DNA of 64,000 bases from the NCBI GenBank assembly GCA_949840905.1, contig CATKXW010000001.1, positions 75,499 to 139,498 of the forward strand, given 5' to 3'. The notes below the pieces were generated by a model, which did no database searches, was not told the DNA's origin, and saw nothing but the letters and a program-made list of their open reading frames with translations. Numbering within the stretch: position 1 is the stretch's first letter; every line of letters starts with the position of its first letter. The stretch is from an uncultured Eggerthellaceae bacterium. GTDB taxonomy: Bacteria > Actinomycetota > Coriobacteriia > Coriobacteriales > Eggerthellaceae. Below, in pieces: positions 36,255-47,039 of this stretch. The translations under genes and the position numbers were made by a program.

Positions 36255-38297
36255 CTAGAAGACGAGCCGTGTGGCCGACTCAGCAGGGCTTCCGTTCACC
36301 ATGGCCGTATCGGAGCTCTCGAGGGGAGAACGCTCCATCGCCTGGAAGCGCCACTTCTGGGCCTTGGTGCCGTTCGGTCGATACTGCTGGATGTTCGTGC
36401 CGTCGTCGGTGTAGCCGCCGGCCACATCCAGCACGAAGCCGGTCTTCTTCGAGATGATGGTGTAGGTGCCGTCCAGATTGCGGTCGATGCGCCATTTCTG
36501 GGCGTCAGTGCCGTTGGGTCCGTACTGCTGCACGTTGGTGCCGCAGTAATAGGAACCATCAGCCACGTCGAGCGCCTTGCCCGAGTTCGGGTTGATGATC
36601 ATGTAGAAGCCGTCTTTGAACGTGAGATTGAACACCTGGGCTACCGTATCATTGCAACGATACAGCTGGATGTTCGCCCGACTCAGCACCGAAGCGCCCT
36701 GCACGTCGATGACCATGTTCTCATCAAGATGGCTAGTGATGGCATAGGTGCCATTGGGCAGCACCTGCTCGCCCGGCTTCACCACCACGTCTTCGAAGGT
36801 GAACTTCTGGGCCATGGTACCGTTCTGGCGGCATTGCTGGATGTTGTTGCCGTTATGGGTGCCGGCATCGGCCACGTCAAGAGCATGGCCCGACTTCTTC
36901 GAGACCAGCGTGAACGTGCCGTCGCCATTGCGGTCGATGCGCCATTTCTGGGCGTCGGTGCCGTTCTGCGGATACTGCCAGATGTTGCCGCCGTTGACAT
37001 AGGAGCCATGAGCCACGTCGATGGCCATGTCCGACCCCACGTTGACGAGCGTGTAGAAGCCCCCTTCGAAGGCGATGCGATAACGCTGGGCCTCGGTGTT
37101 GTTCGCATCGTGCACCTGCACGTTGCCGCCCAGAAGCTTCGAGCCGCCCGCGATGTCCACGGCCTTGTTCGCGTCAAGGGCGGTCTTCAAGGTATAGGTA
37201 CCGTCCGCCAATACCTGCTCACCCGGTTCCACCATGCCCAGAGCACGGTCGGTGTAGTTCATGTCGACATTGCCGCGAATGCCAGCGATGCGCCCCGAGC
37301 TCGAGAACTGCCAGATGTCGTTCTCCTTGTTGAACCGGCCGTACTGCAAGCCCGCATAGGAGTTGTACTGGGCCACCCAACGCGTCACATGATCGAAATA
37401 CCCATCGGTGAGCTTCGTTTCCCACCAGCTCTTCGAGGCATAGATGCCCGTCTGATAGCCGGCACCGCCCACGATGTCGCAGAAGCGGCGCGCCATGCCC
37501 GCGTAATCGGTGCCCATGGAGCTATCCTCCATGTCGTAGTACACCGGCAACGCCACATCGCTCGGACCCAGTCCTGCCTCGCGCAGGCAACGGAGCACAT
37601 GCTCGCCCTCGCTCTGAGCGCTCTGCGGGTTGGAGCCATCCCACGTATCGACATGCTTGGCGTAGGAGTATAGATAGACGCCGAACGGGATGCCCACAGC
37701 CTGGGCACCTCGCACGTTGGCGATCCACTGAGCGTCGTCCTGGTCACGATAGTCGTCGCCGTAACCACAGCGGATGATGGCGAAATCGACGCCGGCGTTC
37801 TTCACGGCCTGCCAGTCGATGACGCCCTGGTGATAGCTCACGTCGATGCCTCTGAAGTTAGCGGCACCCGTGAAATGGCCCAGGGAATACTCGTACCAGC
37901 CAGCAGGACCTGCGCTGCTCGAAAGGCGCTCGTCGACGGAGAGCGGACCTTCGACCAGCCCATCGGTGGTGGAAGCACCGTTCTCGAAGCGCCAGCTGTT
38001 CTCGTTCGGCGCGGTCATCTGCGCAGGCTCCATCACAGGCTGTTCGGGCTGCGGGACCGGCTGCTCCTCGCGAGGGGCGACCTGCTCGGGCTCTGCCGGC
38101 TGTTCCGGCTGCACCGCAGGCTCGATGGGCTGCCCTGCCTCACCGGCATCCGCGCCTTCCTCGGCATCGGTGCCGCTCGACTCGATGATCATGTCAGATG
38201 CGCTCGACGGATCCTCGTCGGCGAACGCCGTCACGGGCAGAGCGCTCGCCACCAGCAGCAGCGAGAGGAACGTAGCGCACAGCTTATGCTTCACCAT
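36255..38297 (-). CDS. Secreted GH25 muramidase with two C-terminal ricin-B (beta-trefoil) lectin domains
   Basis: 680 aa from the ATG at 38297 (SD AGGGAG), signal peptide MVKHKLCATFLSLLLVASALPVTAFA. Pro/Glu-rich linker. GH25 core GIDVSYHQG.IDW...FAIIR. Two ~150-aa lectin units with QxW-type repeats (AQKWRI, AQKFTF, AQVFNL, AQKWRF). Confidence 0.85.
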   Translation of the reverse strand: MVKHKLCATFLSLLLVASALPVTAFADEDPSSASDMIIESSGTDAEEGADAGEAGQPIEPAVQPEQPAEPEQVAPREEQPVPQPEQPVMEPAQMTAPNENSWRFENGASTTDGLVEGPLSVDERLSSSAGPAGWYEYSLGHFTGAANFRGIDVSYHQGVIDWQAVKNAGVDFAIIRCGYGDDYRDQDDAQWIANVRGAQAVGIPFGVYLYSYAKHVDTWDGSNPQSAQSEGEHVLRCLREAGLGPSDVALPVYYDMEDSSMGTDYAGMARRFCDIVGGAGYQTGIYASKSWWETKLTDGYFDHVTRWVAQYNSYAGLQYGRFNKENDIWQFSSSGRIAGIRGNVDMNYTDRALGMVEPGEQVLADGTYTLKTALDANKAVDIAGGSKLLGGNVQVHDANNTEAQRYRIAFEGGFYTLVNVGSDMAIDVAHGSYVNGGNIWQYPQNGTDAQKWRIDRNGDGTFTLVSKKSGHALDVADAGTHNGNNIQQCRQNGTMAQKFTFEDVVVKPGEQVLPNGTYAITSHLDENMVIDVQGASVLSRANIQLYRCNDTVAQVFNLTFKDGFYMIINPNSGKALDVADGSYYCGTNVQQYGPNGTDAQKWRIDRNLDGTYTIISKKTGFVLDVAGGYTDDGTNIQQYRPNGTKAQKWRFQAMERSPLESSDTAMVNGSPAESATRLVF
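36327..37230 (-). repeat. Tandem duplication (period 450 bp) encoding the two lectin domains
   Basis: The identical 30-mer ATTGCGGTCGATGCGCCATTTCTGGGCGTC occurs at 36477-36506 and 36927-36956, exactly 150 codons apart. Confidence 0.8.
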
Positions 38298-38647
38298 GGA
38301 AACTCCCTGGTTCGTCATTCGATGTGAGAGATGTCAAAATGTCATCAAATTGTAATATGCCCAGTTCGATCCATCCCTCTATTCCACGGAATCTCTACGC
38401 CCACCTGAATAGGAGGACCTCCTCGTTTTCAGGCAACCATCCAGCCTGCTACGCGACTCGCATGAAGATGAAGGGACCGGACAGCATGGATGGCACGATA
38501 CGTTCGCAGAAGTTGCTCGAGCTCCCCCCGGAATAAAGCAGGGATACCGAGCTGTTTCGCGCGGAAGCCCGAACGTAGCAGAACGCCGCCGAAGGAACCG
38601 CCAGTTCCAGCTGCGAAATGTAGTTTGTGCGAGGTGGTGTGGGCGCT

Positions 38648-39796
38648 TTATGCGGCGGCGGGGGCCTTCTCGGCGGAGCCTCCCTCGGCGGCCTCTCGCT
38701 CCTCGCGAGCGAGCACCTGCTCCATGGCGGCGATGGCGCATTCGAGCTGCTCGTCGCCGGGTTCGTTGGTGGTGAGGTACTGCATCTGCATGCCAGGCCA
38801 CAAGATGACCTTCACCAGCACGTTGTCAGGATGCGAGCCGGCCCATTTCACCGTGATCTCGTAGGAGATGCCCGCGATGAGCGGCAGCAGTATCACCCGC
38901 GTGGCCACGATGACGGCGAACTTCGCCGGCCCGTCGGGGATGCCGAGCGCGCCGATGATGGCGTTGATGGGCACCACGGTGTACACGATGATGGCGATGA
39001 GCAGCACCATGATGAGGAACGCCGTGCCACAGCGCACATGCAGCCGCGGGAACTTCCGCGCGTTCTCCACCGTCAGCGGCAGCTGGTGCTCGTAGCAGTG
39101 GATGGTCTTGTGCTCGGCGCCGTGGTACATGAACATGCGCTTGATGTCCTCCATGCGGCCGATGAGCCACAGGTACAGCAGGAAGATGATGATGCGGATG
39201 ACGCCGTCCACCAGGTTCCACGCCAGCGCGTTGCCCTCGGTGTAGTCGCCCACGATGAGATTGGTGAGGAACGCCGGCGCCACGATGAAGATGGCCAGGC
39301 CCAAGACGACCCCGATGATCATGGCGAAGCCGGAGATGAAGCTGACGGAGGTGGAGCCGTCCTCCCCTTCCTTCGCGGCGTTCTTCGCGGCATCGCGCGG
39401 AGGCGTGACCTCTTCGATGACGCCCTCTTCGCAGGAACGCAGCTTCGTGTCCTTCTTCGGCTCGTCATCGTCTTCGAAGGCGTGCTCGGTGGCGATGGCG
39501 AGGGCTTTGAACCCCAAGGCCAGCGACTCTACCAAAGCCGTGCAGCCGCGCACCAGCGGCCAATGCAGCCAGCTGTTCTTCTTGCGGCCGGAAGCTAGGT
39601 CGTGCTCTTCCAAATAGATGTTGCCATCGGGCTCGCGCACGGCCACGGCCCAGTTGAACTTGCCGCGCATCATGATGCCTTCGAGCAGCGCCTGGCCACC
39701 GATATGGGTCTTGCGCTCGCCGTCCTCGGCGAAGGCGCGGGAAAGATCGCTCTGATCCGCAGCCTGTGCGGGCTGCATCGTGTTCTTCTCTGTCAT
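38648..39796 (-). CDS. DUF1385-family membrane protein (YqhQ-like)
   Basis: 382 aa. GGQALLEGIMMRG N-terminal block, YHGAEHK motif, several TMs. Carries an acidic/Lys-rich insertion. Confidence 0.75.
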   Translation of the reverse strand: MTEKNTMQPAQAADQSDLSRAFAEDGERKTHIGGQALLEGIMMRGKFNWAVAVREPDGNIYLEEHDLASGRKKNSWLHWPLVRGCTALVESLALGFKALAIATEHAFEDDDEPKKDTKLRSCEEGVIEEVTPPRDAAKNAAKEGEDGSTSVSFISGFAMIIGVVLGLAIFIVAPAFLTNLIVGDYTEGNALAWNLVDGVIRIIIFLLYLWLIGRMEDIKRMFMYHGAEHKTIHCYEHQLPLTVENARKFPRLHVRCGTAFLIMVLLIAIIVYTVVPINAIIGALGIPDGPAKFAVIVATRVILLPLIAGISYEITVKWAGSHPDNVLVKVILWPGMQMQYLTTNEPGDEQLECAIAAMEQVLAREEREAAEGGSAEKAPAAA

Positions 39797-39811
39797 AGGC
39801 GATAGCGCTCT

Positions 39812-40504
39812 CTAGGAAGCGACCGCGTCGCGATCGACGCGCTCGTAGGGAGTGCCGCAGGTCATCTTCCCTTCCGGGCAACTGTCGTGCACGCAGGGGG
39901 CGCCGGCGGCGGCGAAGATGTAGGGGGCAGTGGGGCGGGCCAGTTCCAGCATCTTGTGGGCCAGCTGCCGGATCTCCCACTGGGCGCGATTGCAGCAGCG
40001 CACATCGAAGAAGTGCATCAGCTCGCGCACGTTCATGGTGACCACGATCTTGGTCTCAACGGCGTTGGGCAGCACGTAGCGAGCATCCTCGGCGGGAATG
40101 CCGGCCGCCAGCAGCTTCTCGTAGGCCTCCTCGGTAGCGGCCACCACCCCATCGAAGATGCGCTCAGCATCGGCGTTGGCTGCGATGGTGGACGGCTTCA
40201 CCACATCGATGCCGTCCTTGAACTTCACGTAGCGCTGCGACTGTTGGTTGAAGCTGGCCAACCGATGACGCACTAGCTGATGGGTGAGGGCTCGCGACAC
40301 GCCGTCCACCGCGAAGGTGTAGCTGGCATGCTCGAGGGTGGAATAATGCCCGCTGCGCATGATGGTGGCCAGCACGCTGCGCATGCGCTCCTCAGACATG
40401 GTCTCCATGAGCTCGGCAGCTCCTACCGGTGCATAGCACAGGCGCGCAGCAGTGGCGATGGCGCGTTCGGGGTCGGGCGTGTGATACAGAAGCTCAACAT
40501 GCAT
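39812..40504 (-). CDS. thyX: FAD-dependent thymidylate synthase ThyX
   Basis: ThyX signature RHRLASFNQQSQRY. Preferred start is the ATG at 40504 (SD GAAGGA). The track start at 40540 sits directly against a TATACT -10-like hexamer. Confidence 0.88.
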   Translation of the reverse strand: MHVELLYHTPDPERAIATAARLCYAPVGAAELMETMSEERMRSVLATIMRSGHYSTLEHASYTFAVDGVSRALTHQLVRHRLASFNQQSQRYVKFKDGIDVVKPSTIAANADAERIFDGVVAATEEAYEKLLAAGIPAEDARYVLPNAVETKIVVTMNVRELMHFFDVRCCNRAQWEIRQLAHKMLELARPTAPYIFAAAGAPCVHDSCPEGKMTCGTPYERVDRDAVAS

Positions 40505-40584
40505 GGCATCGTCCTTCGCTTTTCGCTGTTCTTGGTTCATAGTATAAGAGAAATGATGACGAAACCATGAAGGAGCGACCCGCT

Positions 40585-41502
40585 ATGACCCAGTCCATCG
40601 ACAACGGCATCTTCGCACCACAGCTCACCACCACCGATTGGAACGAGGAGTGGAAGGAGCTGCAACGAGCACGCCGCGCCGCTGACGACGCCGCTCACTG
40701 GAACGAACGCTCCAAGACCTTCCGCCGCGCCGATGCGCCATCGCCCTATGTGGGACGGTTCTTGGAGCTGGCCCAGGTGCATCCGGGCGAGTCGGTGCTC
40801 GACATGGGATGCGGCACCGGCGCTTTGGCCGTGCCCCTGGCTGCGGAAGGCCATGCGGTGATCGCTGCCGACTTCAGCGAGGGAATGCTCGCCCGCACCC
40901 GCGAGGAATGCGAGAAAAGCGCCGTGACGGGCGTGGAGACGAAGCTTTTGAGCTGGTCGGATGACTGGGCCGCCCACGGCGTGGGACCGAACGCGGTGGA
41001 CGTGGCGGTGGCTTCGCGTTCCATCGCCACCGACGACCTGGAAGAGGCCCTGATGAAGCTGACCGTCGCCGCCCGTCGCCGCGCTTGCGTCACGCTCACC
41101 ACCGGCGCGTCCCCCCGTGTCAACGAGCGGGTGCTCACGGCTTTGGGCTTGCAACACGTGCTGGGGCGCGATCACGTGTACGCCTTCATGATCCTCGTCC
41201 ATCGAGGGTTCCAGCCGACGGTGGACTACATCGTGAGCGAGCGGCTGGACACCTACCTCAGCCCCGATGATGCCTACGAGCGCACGAGCGCCATGGTGCG
41301 CGCAGCTTGCGGCTCCCAAATAGACAAGGCCGCTCTGGAAGCGGCCTTGGAACGGTTGCCTTCGTGGTTGGACAGCGAGCTCGTAGCGAACGAGCACGCA
41401 GGCGAGAGCGACGGCCGCGGCAGCGTCCAAGGACCGTGGCGTCTGCGCACGCCACAGAAGAACACCTGGGCGTTCATCGCTTGGAACTGCGAGGATGCCT
41501 GA
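40585..41502 (+). CDS. Class I SAM-dependent methyltransferase
   Basis: Motif I VLDMGCGTGALA. Preferred start is the ATG at 40585 (SD GAAGGAG 9 nt upstream); alternative is 40567. Confidence 0.75.
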   Translation: MTQSIDNGIFAPQLTTTDWNEEWKELQRARRAADDAAHWNERSKTFRRADAPSPYVGRFLELAQVHPGESVLDMGCGTGALAVPLAAEGHAVIAADFSEGMLARTREECEKSAVTGVETKLLSWSDDWAAHGVGPNAVDVAVASRSIATDDLEEALMKLTVAARRRACVTLTTGASPRVNERVLTALGLQHVLGRDHVYAFMILVHRGFQPTVDYIVSERLDTYLSPDDAYERTSAMVRAACGSQIDKAALEAALERLPSWLDSELVANEHAGESDGRGSVQGPWRLRTPQKNTWAFIAWNCEDA

Positions 41503-41507
41503 AGCGC

Positions 41508-41867
41508 TTAGGACTGCGCGAGCACCTCAAGGCCCTTGAGCACGTTCTGCTGAGCGGCGCCCAACTTCTCCATGTGCTGCTCAGCACCGTACATCTCGCC
41601 GGTCTTCAGCGCGTCGGAGATGATGGTGGCCTCGTCATAGAGCGTGCGGAACGACAGGTTGCCCGCCACGCCCTTCAGGCCATGAGCCTCTTTGTAGCCC
41701 TGGTCGTAATCCTTCGCCTCCATGGCGGCTACCAGGCTCACGTAATGCTCGTCGGCCTCGTACTTCAGCGCCAGCCGCTTGTACAGATCGGCGTTGTTGT
41801 CGAATCGGTCCATGGCATCCACGTAATCGATGCCGTACGGTGCGAGCTGGTCGGATAACTCTGCCAT
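41508..41867 (-). CDS. Stand-alone Hpt (histidine phosphotransfer) domain protein
   Basis: 119 aa. Four-helix-bundle-like sequence with the phosphorylatable His motif EAHGLKGVAGNLS. Confidence 0.75.
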   Translation of the reverse strand: MAELSDQLAPYGIDYVDAMDRFDNNADLYKRLALKYEADEHYVSLVAAMEAKDYDQGYKEAHGLKGVAGNLSFRTLYDEATIISDALKTGEMYGAEQHMEKLGAAQQNVLKGLEVLAQS

Positions 41868-41930
41868 GGTGCATGCCCTTTCGGATCAGGTTCGGTGCCT
41901 TCCGCGCATGTTCGCAGAAGGAGGTTGCAT

Positions 41931-42443
41931 TCACTTTATCACTTTTGCCGATGAGCCTTCCGCCGTATCGGCCTTCGGCTTGGCATAGGCCCAGAACTTA
42001 TTGAGCACGAAGTTGATGGGCACCGCCACCACCATCACCAGAAGCGGCGCGAGGTACTCGGCCATAGCCCGTGGCGTGTCGAAGAAGAACACCTCGCCCA
42101 TGAGGAACAGCGGCTCGAAAAGCACCTCGTAGTGAGCCACCTCCAACAGCAGCACCAACAAGACGTTGTTCAGGATCAATCCGGTGAAGCCGTAGGAAAC
42201 GTAGGTCTTGATGAGCGTACGCCACCAGGGCTGCGCAGAGTCGACGCCGCCCTCGCGAAAGATGATGAAGTACTGGAACAACCACGCCGAGAACACGCTG
42301 ATCGCATACCCGAGCACCGATCCCACCAGATAGTGAGCGCCCAATGTCACCGCGGCCACGTACACGCCGTAGTTCACGAACGTGTTCATGAAGCCCACGG
42401 CCCCGAATTGGATAGCCTGCTTGACCGTGCTGTTCATCGCCAT
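41931..42443 (-). CDS. GtrA-family membrane protein (polyprenyl-phosphate-sugar translocation family)
   Basis: 170 aa, four TMs. N-terminal FGAVGFMNTFVNYGVY is typical of GtrA-like proteins. Confidence 0.75.
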   Translation of the reverse strand: MAMNSTVKQAIQFGAVGFMNTFVNYGVYVAAVTLGAHYLVGSVLGYAISVFSAWLFQYFIIFREGGVDSAQPWWRTLIKTYVSYGFTGLILNNVLLVLLLEVAHYEVLFEPLFLMGEVFFFDTPRAMAEYLAPLLVMVVAVPINFVLNKFWAYAKPKADTAEGSSAKVIK

Positions 42444-42468
42444 GGCGAAGTCCCCTGCCTTTCGCAGC

Positions 42469-43050
42469 TCAGCCGCGCGGACTGAACGGCGGATGGCGAC
42501 GGTCCTTCTCGCTCAGGATGATGCTCCCCTCGTCGAAGGCGTCATCACCGGACAAGGGCGGCCATGCGATGGCGATGGCAGGATCGTTCCACATCAGACC
42601 GCCCTCGTCGTTGGGATGGTACACGTCATCGCACTTATAGCAGAACTCCGCTCGCTCGCTCAACACCAAGAATCCGTGGGCGAAGCCGCGCGGGATGAAG
42701 AACTGACGATGGTTGCTCTCGCTGAGCACCACACCTTCCCACTGTCCGTAGGTGGGGCTGTCCGGCCGCAGGTCCACGGCCACATCGAACACCTCGCCGC
42801 GGGTGACGCGCACCAGCTTGCTCTGAGGGTGCTCGATCTGAAAGTGCAGCCCCCGCAGCACCCCACGCGTGGAGCTGGATTGGTTGTCCTGCACGAAATC
42901 GACGTCGATGCCGCCGGCCACGAAATCAGGGCGCTTGTAGGTCTCCATGAAGCAGCCTCGCTCATCGCCGTAGGCCTTCGCATCCACGATGATGACGCCT
43001 TCGATGGAGGTGGGAGTGAAGGTGAAGTTGCCGGATACGATGGCATCCAT
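42469..43050 (-). CDS. rmlC: dTDP-4-dehydrorhamnose 3,5-epimerase
   Basis: 193 aa. DERGCF.E, RGLHFQ, cupin fold motifs. Confidence 0.92.
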   Translation of the reverse strand: MDAIVSGNFTFTPTSIEGVIIVDAKAYGDERGCFMETYKRPDFVAGGIDVDFVQDNQSSSTRGVLRGLHFQIEHPQSKLVRVTRGEVFDVAVDLRPDSPTYGQWEGVVLSESNHRQFFIPRGFAHGFLVLSERAEFCYKCDDVYHPNDEGGLMWNDPAIAIAWPPLSGDDAFDEGSIILSEKDRRHPPFSPRG

Positions 43051-43051
43051 G

Positions 43052-45059
<2,008 letters not shown>

Positions 45060-45069
45060 GGTCTCCTCC

Positions 45070-45966
45070 TCAGTGGCGGCTCGGGGCGATGCGGCCCTCG
45101 GCCACCTTCTTCAGGTGCTGCCCATAGCCGCTCTTCTCGTATTTATGCACGGCATCCATCAGCTGTTCGTGGCTGATCCAGCCGTTTTCGTAGGCTATCT
45201 CCTCGATGGCCGACACCGAGAGCCCCTGGCTGCGCTCGATGGAGCGCACGAACTCCCCGGCTTCGTAGAGGCTTTCCATGGTGCCTGTGTCGAGCCACGC
45301 ATAACCGCGGCCCAAGGTGACCACGTTCAGCGATCCGTCCTCTAGATAGCGCTGGTTCAGCGTGGTTATCTCCAGCTCGCCGCGGGCGGAGGGCTTCACG
45401 GCGCGGGCGAACTCGCACACCCGCGCGTCGTAGAAGTACAGGCCGGTCACCGCATAGTTGCTCTTCGGATGCTCCGGCTTCTCCTCGATGGACACGGCAT
45501 TGAAATCCTCGTCGAACTCCACCACGCCGAAGCGCTCGGGATCTTCCACGTAATAGCCGAACACCGTAGCGCCCCCCTGCTGCTCGGCCGCCTCCACCGC
45601 GCGCACCAGATGACGGCCCAGACCGTTGCCATAGAAGATGTTGTCGCCCAGCACCAGCGCGCAACTATCGCCGTCGATGAAATCCTCGCCGATGATGAAC
45701 GCTTGGGCGAGCCCATCGGGCGAGGGCTGCTCGGCGTAGGACAGGCTGATGCCGTACGGGGAGCCGTCGCCCAGAAGCCGCTGGAAGTTCGGCAGGTCGG
45801 CCGGCGTGGAGATGATGAGGATGTCGCGGATGCCCGCCATCATGAGCACCGAGAGCGGGTAGTAGATCATGGGCTTGTCGTACACCGGCAACAGCTGCTT
45901 GCTCGTCACCATGGTGAGCGGATAGAGCCGCGTGCCGCTGCCGCCCGCTAAGATGATGCCTTTCAA
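45070..45966 (-). CDS. rmlA: Glucose-1-phosphate thymidylyltransferase
   Basis: 298 aa from the TTG at 45966 ([27 protein letters not shown] upstream). The longer track ORF adds an Arg-rich non-homologous head. Confidence 0.9.
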   Translation of the reverse strand: MKGIILAGGSGTRLYPLTMVTSKQLLPVYDKPMIYYPLSVLMMAGIRDILIISTPADLPNFQRLLGDGSPYGISLSYAEQPSPDGLAQAFIIGEDFIDGDSCALVLGDNIFYGNGLGRHLVRAVEAAEQQGGATVFGYYVEDPERFGVVEFDEDFNAVSIEEKPEHPKSNYAVTGLYFYDARVCEFARAVKPSARGELEITTLNQRYLEDGSLNVVTLGRGYAWLDTGTMESLYEAGEFVRSIERSQGLSVSAIEEIAYENGWISHEQLMDAVHKYEKSGYGQHLKKVAEGRIAPSRH

Positions 45967-46100
45967 GGGCCGATCCCCCCTCTGCTCGGGCTCTCTGCCG
46001 CGCTCGCCCGCGCAACGAGGGCCTCGTGAATCCATTGCGACCATGATAGCGCAACTACCGGCCGCTCACCTTCCGGCGAGGGCTGCGGCGGCAGGCTCGA

Positions 46101-47039
46101 TCACCGTCCGATCAGTCGGCGCTTCAAACGTGCGAACACGGACGGCGGCTCGCTCACGGCCGCTGCGGCAGGGGCTACCTCCTCGGTGCGAGAGAGCTGG
46201 GATGCTTCGTTGTTCTGGGCCTGGGCGAGCAGCAGGGCGAGCTCGCGCGGAAAGCGCTCGAACAGCGCAGCGAGCACCCCGTCGTTGCCACCGCGTTCGA
46301 GGTTCTCATGGCACAGAGCGCACGCTTGGGAGTCGGCCACGTAATCCAGCTCGTAAGGGGCGGCGCTCACCACGGGGATGCCAAGGCGCAGCTCATGGAC
46401 GAACAACCATAGGTCGTCGGTGAACAGCGCGCTCGTGCGGATGGCCGCCTCGTCGAAGACCGCCTCGTCGAAGGCACGGGGCGGATAGAGGATGCCGCCC
46501 ACCCCCGTCGCCAGCAGATCGCAGCGCGGCTCGCCCTGATGGAGCTTCTGCTCCAAGAGCCAGCTGTCATAGGGGGCCAGGCGCCCCTGACCCTCTCCGG
46601 TCAGGGCGCGCACCAGATGGGTGCGGCAGGCCACCACCGCCGAAGGGTGCTCCTCATGGGCAGCCAGCAAGCGCTCCACCAGGTCGGAAGGGTAGCGGAT
46701 GTCATCATCCACGGTGATGACCACCGCATCGGGATGCGCCTGCATGGTCCAGAAGTACTTATCGTGGGGACCGAGCGTGCGAGGGCACCAGCGCACCTCC
46801 ACCGCACCCCCCTCGACCGCCCGGCCGAGGGCGCGCAAAGGCTCCTCGCGATCGGGGAAGTCGTCCTCGGCCAACCATAGGCAGATGCGATCGGGCGCCA
46901 CGGTCTGGCGTTGCAGCGACGCCAACACCTCGCCCAACCCGGCAAGGCGCGGAGGGTAGGTGGTCAGCGACAGGACGACCTCAGCCCCCTGAGGCACCAT
47001 CTCCCCGTCCGTCCTCATGATGCGGCGCAGCTCGCTCAA
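46101..47039 (-). CDS. Putative glycosyltransferase (GT-A-like, DDD motif)
   Basis: 312 aa. LSLTTYPPR...ICLWL...ITVDDDIRYP...TDDLWL pattern as in polysaccharide-locus glycosyltransferases. Start is the TTG at 47039 or the ATG at 47018. Confidence 0.55.
   Translation of the reverse strand: MSELRRIMRTDGEMVPQGAEVVLSLTTYPPRLAGLGEVLASLQRQTVAPDRICLWLAEDDFPDREEPLRALGRAVEGGAVEVRWCPRTLGPHDKYFWTMQAHPDAVVITVDDDIRYPSDLVERLLAAHEEHPSAVVACRTHLVRALTGEGQGRLAPYDSWLLEQKLHQGEPRCDLLATGVGGILYPPRAFDEAVFDEAAIRTSALFTDDLWLFVHELRLGIPVVSAAPYELDYVADSQACALCHENLERGGNDGVLAALFERFPRELALLLAQAQNNEASQLSRTEEVAPAAAAVSEPPSVFARLKRRLIGR

Noticed and set aside
38520-38610. c-di-AMP (ydaO) riboswitch-like pieces (CAGGGATACC, CCCGAAC, GAAGGAACCGCC) near the GH25 muramidase
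   Set aside because: They are on the plus strand, whereas both flanking genes are on the minus strand. The conserved CAGCUAAC/ACGGGG blocks are missing.
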